NCBI RefSeq assembly: GCF_000400465.1
Contig: NW_008806283.1
Coordinates: 20,001 to 268,000 of the forward strand
DNA length: 248,000 nucleotides
Direction of reading: 5' to 3'
DNA from: Wallemia ichthyophaga EXF-994
Lineage: Eukaryota; Fungi; Basidiomycota
Shown here: one piece after another, positions 39,925 to 51,692 of the stretch
How the letters are laid out: each line of letters starts with the position of its first letter
Position numbering within the stretch: position 1 is the stretch's first letter
Notes under the pieces: generated by a model
Told to the model about the DNA's origin: nothing
The model's input: only the letters and a program-made list of their open reading frames with translations
Database searches by the model: none
Translations under genes and position numbers: made by a program

Positions 39925-40375
39925 ATGAGTTTCGAAGTGTTAGATATTGCTGCCGCTGTACCTTTGGCTGTAAGTGCACAAACGTCCATTTGTACACCGT
40001 ATCATTGATGCACACTTGCGGGGCCAAGTTGAACCAACCAAGCGTAATGATTGTCTATTATTTGAACTCTAAGACAAAACAATTGATACTGATCCTGAAA
40101 ATTCAATTAACCTCTACACTAAGCGTGACGGTGGATCTCTTCAAGATCTGTCTGTAGCTGATCAAAATATACTTGAGACATTCGGTTCTCTGAACCGAGA
40201 TACTGCTGTCGGAAAGCTCCTCAACTATTTTGCTGCTAAATATACCAAGCGTGGAGATTGTCAACTGCTCGGTATTCAAAATAAAGCTATTCAACTCAAG
40301 ATTCAGAAGTTAATCGATATCTACACGAATGGTAATGAGAATCATCCAAGTATGGCAATCACGAGGATAATATAA
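39925..40375 (+). pseudogene. Kex2-repeat (KEP) peptide precursor with premature stop
   Basis: Three TKR sites in one frame; TAA at 40070-40072 where paralogs have Gln (LQD). Confidence 0.7.
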
Positions 40376-41297
40376 TTGTTGTTGGAGCTCACGTTAACGA
40401 CATTCTCAAAAAGCGCGAAGACACTGTTGCGGAAAGACAAGCTGGTCTCTGAATTTTTCTCAGGGCTACGGGAAGCGCCTAAGAGCTTTCAAATTTCTAC
40501 TTAATTGTTATTGTTATCTTCCCACCTTTCACGTTGTACACATTTGTTAATTGAGTGAGTTTTAAATGAAAGCGCAATTGCGTCATCTTCGTTACAATCT
40601 TAATGTCTCGCTTTTATGGGGATGGTGACAGTTGATCGAGCTAAATTACGGAAAAATAATTCTTAAATGTTTCGAGGAACAGACGATTAGCAATGTATGC
40701 AAGGAAACCCACACTTACCAAGTCATTGAACAAACATTACATTACAGGCTAACCAAAGTTGTCTCTTTAGTGGATGCTCAGGTATTCATTAATACGGTAG
40801 CTTACAGAGCAATCGAAGAGCTTCACCACTTATAGGAGACACACGAAGGCAAATTACTTCATCAGCCCCATATCATGACAAATATTCGCTGATAGCGGCG
40901 TGCTAAGCGACATTACTTACTCGCACACAATATTTCGCAAAAATTTGAAGCAAGTGAAATTCATATGAGACATAGCTGTTACCATATGGTACCCATCTGA
41001 GAACCAAGCGTACCTGAACCACAATTTCATGCCGAGCAATTGCAGTCTAAAATTGGAAACCTTCTGCAATATGTATTGTTTCGAAACATCTTTAAGACAC
41101 TGTTGTTTTGCTTACTGGGACTAAGACGGGGTTAGTTAAGCATACAGGGTCAAGTATCTTACGTAAATAACGTCACTATTACATTGAACGATTGAAAGCT
41201 TGGCCGGGTTGGATAACCCATACTCTAACTTTAAGACTCTCTATTTTTAAAATAGCCACCAATACAATCTTTTTACTAGAATAACAAGGTAAGTACA

Positions 41298-41713
41298 ATG
41301 AGATTGTCTTTACTTGTCGTCTCATCAGTCATCTGCGCTGCTGCTTCTGTAGTGCTGTTTGCTGTAAGTTGAATAATACTTTGTCACTGCTAAAGTGAAT
41401 GCAGAATTACCTTCCAAATGATATAGCTCCCACCAAGCGTGGTGACGAGCAGCTGATCAGCCTTCAAGATGAAGCTATCGATCCTGATATCAAGCTTTTG
41501 GTCAAAATTATCTTCAACGGAACTGATTCATCCTCAACCAGCAAGCGCGATGACAAGCAGTTGATAGGCCTACAAGATAAATCGTTTGATCTTGACATCA
41601 AGGGTTTATCAAAATTATCAAAAACGGAACTGAAGAATCATCTAAGCGTGAGGTTGCCGCTCCCAAAATTCAAGCTGGCCTTTGAGCTGGCGTCTTCTGA
41701 TTTGCCTTTTTAA
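41298..41713 (+). CDS. Kex2-processed repeat peptide precursor (KEP), 1-nt frameshift in repeat 2
   Basis: Signal exon 41298-41363, intron to 41404, KR-GDEQLISLQDEAIDPDIK / KR-DDKQLIGLQDKSFDLDIK repeats. Confidence 0.75.
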
Positions 41714-42139
41714 GTGATGTTATCGCAGCTGCGGCATGTAGCTAAGCGTTTTCTTTTGTATATAACACGTACTCTAAACTTTTTATTACAAATTAGTGTG
41801 TTAATTAGTGCCGCATTGTAATGTCTAAAAATAAAGCTGACTTGTCAATTGGCTGTGATGAGCCAAATTACTTTAAACTAGCTCTTCATAGCACTTCAAT
41901 GACTAAAAACTTGAGCAGAGCAATTTTGCTATAAGTCCGTAGCGAATAGGTTTGTGAAGAGCTAGAACGTGTTCATATCCTTGCTGGAGTTGTGTAGCGC
42001 TCTGCAATAATAAAACTAGTTTTAGTATGTTTCAGGGAGAGAAATTGGAATATGAAAATAACCGTTCTTACTAACTTGGCCTCTACGACTCTAATGCAAA
42101 TTGATTACCCTTACACCCCCATGATCTAAATTTCAAAAG

Positions 42140-42830
42140 GCTGTGATCGCAAGCCAGACCCCGATTTCAGTGTTCTGCTGATCCATACTTTTCTATGCTT
42201 TTATGTATACGACCAAGTATGATGTGAGTCGAAGCGACAGTAGTTCTTCCTGGTACCAGGATTATAGCGATGAACGCCATGTTTCGTAAAACGTATACGC
42301 GTTCATAAAGCGGAATATTTGAAATATTGAGTGCTTGCGGTTTATATCAATCGAAATGCTGTATTCTCATCGATGTCATCGATGAAACGAGGAGGATATT
42401 CCATATACATCATATAGCGTGCTCTAGAGTGATTTTGGATCATTGCTTCCTTCAGAGCGCAGGACGCCATTTCGAGCGCCGGGCATATAAATCTGGCAAC
42501 GTCATATTTCTTACTATCACAGCTACCAATTTTATTTGGAGATCATCAAAAGTCATAATCAGCATTTGAGATGAGACAGGTGGTAGTGGAAAAACTCAAT
42601 TTGGTGGATATTGAGCGAAGTGCTGATAAGAATATGTTTGGAATGCTGAATTTATCATGAAATTGATTGTCTTGCTATATTGTTCAAATTGTCAATATAT
42701 GCCATTCTTGCGTTCGTCTTCTCACTTACTTGGTCATTTGCAGAGTACCTTGAGCAGCTTTAGCTCGTTAGAATATGTATTACTGTACCAAACTTTTTCA
42801 GTGCTCAAATTTTTGTCAAAGTGCCCTTTC
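42140..42830 (-). repeat. Dispersed decayed gene family, copy 1
   Basis: Shares ccccgatttcag, tagcgtgctctagag, gagatcatcaaaagtc blocks and CCAA|GTAAGT donor with other copies. Confidence 0.7.
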
Positions 42831-43524
42831 ATCACATAAGCACATCCTAAAGTCGTTGGAGATCCAAGACGAGTCAAGATTGAGCGTTTCTGAGATGTGA
42901 GGAAGGAGTTGAATTGTGTAATATTCAAAAGCACTCATAAATCCACTAAATTTGTTTATTGATGATCTCGAGATGCGTGGTTATATTGTGCAATGTTTGT
43001 AGCATCTTTGAGAGCATGAGCGCTCTTATGTAGCTGGAACGTAATAATTTTTATAATCAAGGCTTTCAATTCATTCGATTAACCCTCCCAAGTGGTCAAT
43101 TTGCACCCATTCGGCTGTTTGAGGACAGCTTCGAGGGTGTTTGGCGAATCATGCAGCTGTATCATTAAAGCAATTCTACAGTGTTTCAATGCGCCCATGT
43201 TTACATTAATGTTTAGATTCAAACATCGACTCTAGCGCGTCATCAGCTGCGCGTGGATGGCCAGCAACGTTCGGCCCACTCGGAACATCAAGGCTGTGCT
43301 CAAACCGGCCAGATAAATTCGCAGAAGTCTCTTTCATTTCAAAAAGAGCTACTTCTGTTGTCTGCAAGGTCTGCAAGCAATAAAGAAATCATTACTTGTA
43401 GAAAATCCCTTGTCACGCGTTCAGGGACACACTCTAGATGGATCCATTTTTTTCGCTTTTCTTCGCTGAGCTTGCGTAAAATTTCTTTCAGCACAACATT
43501 CAAAGGTTCCACTCTTTCGTAGCA

Positions 43525-43793
43525 ATGAAATTCATGATCTTCGCCTCTGTAGCCGCTATTCTTGGCTCAACCATCGCTACACCAGTTACAGTAAGTGTCT
43601 GGCATTTTCAAAGCATGTGACTAACGCAAAGCTATAGCGCGATGGGCAAGCTGTCCCAGACCTTCTCGCTGCACTCGGGCTCACTCAAGACCAGAAGGCT
43701 GCAGTACCAGGGTTACTCAAAAATCTTGGCCTTGCACCAACTGAAAATGTTGAAGCTGCATTTACTGTACCTGAGGCTCCAGCTGGATTCTAA
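43525..43793 (+). CDS. Small secreted peptide precursor A2 (73 aa, one intron)
   Basis: MKFMIFASVAAILGSTIATPVT | intron 43591-43637 | RDGQAVPDLLAALGLTQDQKAAVPGLLKNLGLAPTENVEAAFTVPEAPAGF*. Confidence 0.8.
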
Positions 43794-44571
43794 ACAGCCA
43801 AATGATATCTGTAACGTCAGTAACATCGACTCAGCACAAGTGTTGGACACACTTGCGCTGCTTGTACGATTTTTCTCATTTGTCACACTCATGATACATA
43901 TCTTAAATTTGCAATACTATTGCAAGTTTTCAACGAAAATGACTCCGTAGCATTTTATCTTTACTATTGCCTTGCCAATCCCAATCACTTTTATGTAGAT
44001 GGTAATTTTGCGTTAGCAACCAGTACACCTTTCTAATGAAGCTGCATTTTAATGCTCTTTTATCTTTAGGTACTTCGCGTGAATTAGCTGTATTCTGTGT
44101 GTATCTATTTCGTGTTTGCGCTAACATCTGGTAGAAACGCGCTTGTGTTTGGCGTTTTGTATCGACACAAAGAAAAAGAGTGGTCAGCTTCTATTGAAAT
44201 GATAGCACTTGAACTGCACAATACACAAAAATATTTCAAATCGGAGTCCTTGTGGAAATACCGTTGAGCTCAGTCTTATCGCATTCTTGATCGTATGCCT
44301 GTAGATCCTCGATCGCCTTCACGTCATAGCTTTTTATGATTAGTGCGAGTGATACGCGAGATCGCTTATTCGCACGGCGAGGGTGATCATTTTTATATCT
44401 GTGACGATGCCATCTAAAACTTTGCTGTCTTAAGGAAGATATTTTTGATCTATGCAGCCAATTTAGGATTAATTGTACTGAATATTTTCACGTTAAGGAA
44501 CAGCACATTAGACATCATCGCGAAATTAAGACATCTTAAAACAATTATCAGGTCTATACACTCTTTTAGCA

Positions 44572-44890
44572 ATGAAAATTGGAATTGTCGCCGCTATTGC
44601 CACCATTGTTAGCATGACAGTTGCTGCGCCAGTGACTGTTAGTACACAGTAATTCGTCAGGTCATATCTAACCATAAGTCAGACTGAAGATGGATATTTT
44701 GGATGATACCGGAATCCTTGTAGGAAATATTTCCGGGACTATTGTCGGGAGTTCTTCTGGAGGTCCTTTCGGGGGTCCTTTCAGGGGTGATGAAGGGGCT
44801 TCCGTGAGGAGTGTTGTCGGGATTGTTGGGGACGATGTCTGGGATGTACTATCAGACACTGCAGATTTAATAGAAGTGATCAGTGGATGA
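44572..44890 (+). CDS. Small secreted protein B2
   Basis: MKIGIVAAIATIVSMTVAAPVT signal, GTTAGT donor, acidic Gly-rich exon 2; acceptor uncertain. Confidence 0.55.
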
Positions 44891-45023
44891 AATCCTGATC
44901 TTTAAACTTGGCACATTGTTCAAACGTATCTGAAAGGAAAAAGGTATTCGATTGAGCAAGTCTATTATTACAATACAAGTCAAATTATATATGGTAACTA
45001 AATTAAGATCGATTAATCATGTG

Positions 45024-48000
45024 CTAGATAGTGATCGCTTCGAATGCCTCGAGGATCCCATCATTGCCTCCAAACTGTTTGAGAAGTTCGTGTGTGATAC
45101 TTTCGGTATCAACGCCATCACCATCCACTACCTCTGTCTTAACTTTAGCCTTCTTGAGTGCGCGATCGAAATCGACGAGCATATCACTGCCCACAACGAT
45201 CTCAAAGTTCAATTTGCGCATTTGTGATCTGAATACGATAGCCAATGTGACGACGAGATCTCCTTCTATCGACACATTAAAGCTGAGTTTGTATACCTGG
45301 GCGAGACGCTTGAACTGAGCGTGCACATTCTTCACGTTCATCCATATGGTCGATATGCGCTGCAAGGTATAGCTGAGCTGAGTGTCCTGTGATATGCCCT
45401 CCTCTGTCAACTGACCACGGAGACAGTCGAGGAGGTATTCCAGCAGAGGGCGCAGCTCGCCTTTCTTTGGGGGAAGCAAGTCCATTTCCACCCCCTGCTG
45501 TGAGATGCTCAGCGCCAACTCATTCGCGTAGTTGAACTTATGCGTCGATTGCGACAGGTGCACAATTTGCCAGCTGTGCAGAATCTGCAGCGATTCATAT
45601 TCGCCTGTGTCGACATGTCAGCAGTGCTACTCTCGCACAAATACCACACTCACGTTTCCGCTTCATGGCTTCCGCTTTCGTAAGGCAGCGCACCATATCC
45701 CACTCTTTTCGATTACTGTCAATGGTGTGTGTGTTTTGAGCCAGAGTCTCTTGCTTCGCCTCGAGGCGTGCTCTGAGACGCGCAAGCTCCTCGTTGTTGG
45801 ATGCTATTTCGGCTTTGTACAGCTCCAGTGGCTGCGCCTGCTCCGCTATAGCCTCGCGCAGACCCTCGACTTCCTCCTTGTCGCAGCTGGCGATATCGCG
45901 CACAATGTCTCTTTCTCTGCGCAGCTCCGTCTCCAGTTTGTCCTTGAGGGCGTGTAGCTGCGGGAGATTCTCACCAAGTGCGCCTCTAGTCTCCTGTAGT
46001 ACCCTGGCATCCTTCTCGAGACCATTGAAGGACTCGTTGAGAGACTCCGCATGACCGCTCACTAGCTCCTTCCTCCAGCCGTACCACACTCGCTTAGCGT
46101 TCAGGCGCGAGTTATTTTTCACGATCTTGAGCTGCGCTTCAATACGCACGCGCATATCCTCACTAGCTAGCAGATAATCAACTATCACTGGCGGATTCTC
46201 GTTATCTACTTCACGTTCGTAGCTGTTGAGTGCCTCTATCCCCTCGCTGATGTAGCGCTTCAGCTCGTGGCAGCACCAATACATCATCTCCAATTTGGGG
46301 CCGGTGACCGCATGTGCGCGCAGATATTCGAGCGAGGATGGCTCGTGCATCGGTGCATTTTCCCCACTTAGACCACCCGGACCCACTGTGGAGCGACGCT
46401 TGATGGTTGAAATCCCATCGAGGAATTTCATGTCGGTGAGTTCGAGGAAATCGTTGAGACTGATTTGCACCGGTGCTTCGACGCTGCTTTCGCCATTGTC
46501 CTCCTGTTCTTCCTCTTGCATTAAACCTTCTATCATCCGCTCTGTTTCGGGGCCTGCTGCAAATTCGTTGCGGATTGGTGGAGCCGGCAGTGGTGAGGGT
46601 GCAGCTTCCGGTTGTGGTGAGGGCTCATGTGTATTCGCAAAGGCCTCCTTCTGTGGCGTCGTCACACTCGACGCTAGCCTTAGTGATTGACGTTTAGGAG
46701 TGCTCATCGGCGAGCCTGGGTTTGAGGCACTGATCGATCTGCGCAGTTTAGATGGTGTCATTTGCTGTGCATGTAGCGAGCGTCTGCGAGTTGGTGTGCC
46801 GCTTTGCTCTTGTTCTGGCGCCGTCTTATCCATGTCCATCGCATCACTTTCGGTTGTAGTATTGCGTCCTTGCTGCGTCACGTTAGTATTCTCCTTCACT
46901 AGTATACAAAACCCACCTCAGCTTCTCTCCTCCTTTGCTCCTCCTTCACGCGCTCCTCTTCAGCTTCGCGCTCGTACTCCCTCTCCCTGTCATTCTTACT
47001 CTGCTCCTCCTGCTCCTTTTCAGTTGCGAGTGTGTCAGGTGTAGCTTCGAGCGCTTGTGTGGAGAGTGCTAGTGAAGATCTTCGTCTTGGTTTGTGTGTG
47101 AGTTTTTCTTTCTCGCCACCTTTCTCAGCTGCAACATCGAGTTTAAGTGGGGAAGGACGAAGTGGCGAGGCGAGCTGAAGACGCTGTACGAGTGGGGACA
47201 TGAGCTTTTCCGTGTTAATTTGGTGTTCCTGTTGCTGTTTATGCTCATAATTTCGTTCCCACTCCAGATCATTGTCTTGCTCTTTCTTCTCTTCTTCGCC
47301 ATCATCCTGTCTCACCTCACCAGCAAAAGACGCTCTCTTCTTGTTAGGACTTTTAGCTGCGTTCTTGAGGGCACTTCTTAGCGGCGAGCTCGTCCCAGCG
47401 CCACCCAAGGCACCTCCGAGACTATGTCTGACGCTTTTCGTTTCTTTTTTCATGAGACTCGATTGAGTGGGCGCTGCGAAGCTGCTGCGTTTCCCTCCTT
47501 TACTTTCAGCATCTGGTGATGAGATGGAGATGGAGGCCTTTTTAGGCGAAGGAGCAGGAGCAGGAGCAGGAGTGAATGATGTGCTACTTTTGAGGGCGCT
47601 CTTGAGTGATGGTCGTGGACCGGCGCCTGCCTTGAGGGGTGACGCTTTAACAGATGGTGCGAAACTGACACGACTGACACGCGGTCCGAGACTTTTCCGC
47701 AGACGACGCGTCTCGTCGTTAACTAGGATACCCTTACCGATTGGCTTGGTTATTTCCATAGTCATCGTCGCGTCTGCGTTGTCGTCAGAGTCACTTGAGT
47801 CACTCGAGTCACTCTCTTCTGGAATGGTGGGGACGTTCATAGGTCCACCGACAGCCTGAGTCATCTCCATTGTCATCGACTCATTCTGCGCAGGGTTGCT
47901 AATTAAGGACATGTCGGCAGTTGATTTTCCGTCATTTGCTGACTCTTGATCGTGCTCTTCCGCTGCCTCGTCACTGCTATCGTTCGTTGCCCCCTTCTCG

Positions 48001-49768
48001 GCTTCCATCAAACCACCGACGGCGCCAGTCATCTCCATGGCCATTGACTCGTTTTCTTGATCATCCTCACTAATACCACTGTCGCTCTCGTTGATATGGT
48101 TCTTTGTCTCATTGACACTCTTCTCGGCCTCCATCAAGCCACCGACGGCGCCGGTCATCTCCATGGCCATAGATTCGTTGTTATGGGTAGTATTACTAGC
48201 TAGTGACATATCAGCAACTGAGTTATTGTCGTGATGGTGGTTATTAGCTTTTTCTCCGTTTTCCTCATGGTCATCTTCCTCTCTCCTCTCTCCACCCAAC
48301 ATACCTCCAACAGCCTGGGTCATTTCCATCGTCATAGACCCGTCGGCTATCTTATGTGCGGTGGAGTCATTGCGATCAATGTGGGTTATAGCAGCTTTGG
48401 TGAGATCCATGTCGTCGTTGCTGTTACTCTTACTGGTATTGCTATCGCTATCATTATCGCTATCACTGCCGTTACCTAAGTGGTGCTGCATTGGTGCAGG
48501 TTCTGGAGGTGGGGGTTGCATTAGCATGTGCTGGTCAGCCTCTTCATCATCACTGCTACTGCTACTGCTGTTATCAACACGTCCGCTGACACTCCTACTA
48601 CCCTCTGGCGAGCCCGAGTTCTGCTTAATGACGCTGCTGCGTCGATCTAGGCTCGATCTTCGTCTGCCTGTTTCGAAGTGAGGTAATTTGGGCACACCGG
48701 CTTGGGACATGGACACGGTGAAGTCCATAGTGGTGTCTGCTTCATCTTCACTGGAGGAGGAGGAGGAGTTCTTCTCGTTATCCTCGTTGTTGTCCACATT
48801 GGTGTTGCCGTCGTTGTCGTTCTTCTCGGATGCTGTGGGTGAGAGAGTGAATTGTGGGAGTTGCATGGGTGGTTGGGGTGGTAATGCAACAGGTTCTGCT
48901 GCTGTGAGTGGAATTGGAGATGATTTATTGCTCTGTGATGATAATCTGGGTGATTTACGCGTAGGCGAATGGGATATAACCTTTTTTGGTAAATTTTGGG
49001 GTGATTTCGGAGACTTGGGTGACTTCTTGGGTGACTTCTTGGGTGACTTCTTGGGTGAGTTTTTTGGCGACTTGTTGTCATCACTCTTACTAAACACGTG
49101 ACCAACAGCCTCAGTAAGATCCATTTGCATAGTATTGTCCTCTGCGTCGTTCGCGTCTTGTGTTGGACCATCATCAGACTCAGTATCAGAGCCATCAAGC
49201 GGTCTTTTTCTCTCAAAAGCTTTCTTAAACGCGTGAGTGACGTCTTGAGTAGCTATGGACATGTCAGAGGTGTCTGAATCTTGGTTTTCTTGTGGGTGAT
49301 GATCCTGTGGATGATGTTGGGATTTTTTAGGGGATGGAGACCTGCGTGGGCTAGAAGAGGCCTGTTTATTGCCCTCTTCATCTTCAAACAAACGTATGAA
49401 GCAATGGCTTGCGAATGAGACTCTGCGACTCGCTTCAGATTTCCTAGGTGCTGCGTGCTTGACAGGATTCTGCGGGAGTTCCTCCTCCTCGTCTGAATCT
49501 GGTGGTGGCTGTGGTTTGAGAATTGAGCGGCGTGGTTTCTAGCGTGTGTGAGTGGTGGTGGTAGATATCAAAGCAAACCACGCACAGCCTTCCTCCTTGC
49601 TAATTTCGTGGGTGTAAGTTCAGCGTCTGAATCTGATTCTTGGTGGTCATCTCCGCTGCCATCTCCGTGGTTACCACCGCTACCACCCAGACTCTTGGAA
49701 CGCAGCTTCCTATTCTCCTTATTTTCCTTGTTGTTTAGATACGTCGTCGACTTTCTACGCGAGTCCAT
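45024..49768 (-). CDS. SPC105: Kinetochore protein Spc105/Spc7 (KNL1)
   Basis: RRSILK and RRVSF motifs, repeated M(E/D)(M/L)T(Q/G)AV MELT-like motifs, Spc7 C-terminal domain. Confidence 0.9.
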
Positions 49769-49872
49769 CTCTCTTCGCCTTCACGCGTCGCGTAACGTCG
49801 TCGTTATCGCACAAGGAAAACCGAAATGGAAATTAAAGTAAAAATAATAAAAATAAATACAATTTACTAAAA

Positions 49873-51069
49873 TTAAGACAACGGATCATTAAAAATTTCA
49901 TTCAGTTCATTCATTTGCGGTAGATCATTCGGCATGTTAAAGTCTAAGAATGAGTCGTGGTGTTCTGAAGGTGGTGGTGGTTGAGTGGGTGGATTAGGAG
50001 GGTTACTTGAAGGTGCTGGTGTGTTTCCTGTATTTCCTGTATTTCCTGTATTTCCTGCGTTACCGCTGCTACCAGAATTCCCTATACCTCCTACACCACC
50101 TACACCACTCGCACTCGGCTGCTCCGCGCTGCTTGGAGTGCTGTTATGTTGCTGGTTATCGATATTCGCCAATATCTCACTTGGTGTGATGGCAGGCGAC
50201 TGATTCTCCTGCGATGGCGTCGCTCCTCCGTCGTCGTTATTGAACGATTCATCATCATCCTCCCTGGACCTCCTCTTCTTATTAATCCGCTTGTTCTGTC
50301 TGGTTACGCGCTGCTTGGGCGATTCGTCCGCTGGCGAGTATCCGTTAATTTGTGGCTGGTAGTGTGATGTGTGTTGGGCGTGTTGGGCTTGCTGTTGCTG
50401 TTGCTGAGCTTGTGCCTGCGCTTGTGCCTGTGCATGCGCTTGCACTTGTGCCTGCACTTGTGCATGCTGCAAATGGGGTGATGGTTGTGGATGGTGGCCT
50501 GGCATCGGTGGGGGCGGCATAGACGGCATTCCCATACCCATACCCATCCCCAAATTCACATTCATTCCAGGTCTCATCATTGGCGTGTTGTTTGGGTTCG
50601 GTGTATGCTGGGCATTGTTGTGTGCATTCGGCGTTCCATTTACTCCTCCTGGTCCCCCTGCTCCTCCTGCTCCACTCGCTCCTCCTACGCCCCCGGCATT
50701 TGGATGCCCCGGATATGGCCGTGGCTGTACCCTCTGCTTCATCATGTACTTCTTCTGTGAAATATCATACCGCTGTTGGAGATTATAGTTTATTTCATAG
50801 TAATTCGGTGATCTAAATTGATTTTGATACTGCAGCTCAAGATTTATCATAAACCATTCAAATAGATATGATTTCGGTGTATCTATCTTAACCGTAGGCT
50901 CTGGCAGCGCATTTTGTATCGGCTTCGATTGAGTTTCCGCGAGGAACTGCTGGGCTGTTTTGACTAAATTATTTTTATACAGATAGTCATATATGTAGCC
51001 ATTTAGTTCTTGATTCATTGAGGCAATCTGGGTGTAGGTGGGTGATCGCTCTTGATGGTTCTTGGTCAA
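49873..51069 (-). CDS. LisH/LUFS transcriptional regulator, Q-rich
   Basis: LNGYIYDYLYK..YLFEWF, Q/P-rich. Confidence 0.7.
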   Translation of the reverse strand: MTKNHQERSPTYTQIASMNQELNGYIYDYLYKNNLVKTAQQFLAETQSKPIQNALPEPTVKIDTPKSYLFEWFMINLELQYQNQFRSPNYYEINYNLQQRYDISQKKYMMKQRVQPRPYPGHPNAGGVGGASGAGGAGGPGGVNGTPNAHNNAQHTPNPNNTPMMRPGMNVNLGMGMGMGMPSMPPPPMPGHHPQPSPHLQHAQVQAQVQAHAQAQAQAQAQQQQQQAQHAQHTSHYQPQINGYSPADESPKQRVTRQNKRINKKRRSREDDDESFNNDDGGATPSQENQSPAITPSEILANIDNQQHNSTPSSAEQPSASGVGGVGGIGNSGSSGNAGNTGNTGNTGNTPAPSSNPPNPPTQPPPPSEHHDSFLDFNMPNDLPQMNELNEIFNDPLS

Positions 51070-51692
51070 GTGTACAAATAATTGTTTGGGGGCTGAATTT
51101 CGAGGCTATGGGTAGCTAGTAAGGCTTGCAGTAATCGCAAACTTCTAAAATCCTTACATCTCCACTTTCTCACCCGATTCGGCGCCGTTTTCAACTGCTC
51201 GGAGGTCGGACGAGCATGACGAAATCGTACTGAATATAGACACATAAACAAACACACAAATATACAAAATACTTATACAGACTTGCAAACTCTATGCCGT
51301 TTTCATACTTCGGTAGCACTTGCTGATATCGTTCGGATTTGTGGAGGTGTTCGAGTGGAGTACGTTGAGTCGTTGGATCTTGTTTAGTCGACTGCACGGG
51401 AGGCTGGAGAGTGAAATTAATGCACACACACATACACAGCACGCAGCATACAGTACAAGAAAAGTGTAGCAAAAAAATCATGTATACGAGTAAGTTTAGG
51501 TTTAAGTGCAACTTTCAGTGCAAGTCTGTCCCTCCTCCTGAAGAACTGAGCTTGCAAATGCCAAACAGAGTTGAGTGAGAGAGAAAATGGCAGCGTCCGA
51601 GATTTGTACAGATGAAAACGAGGCGATGAGCTGATGAACTGCTGAGAAGAGCAGAGAGAATGAAAAGAATCTAATAAAATCACAACACCACT

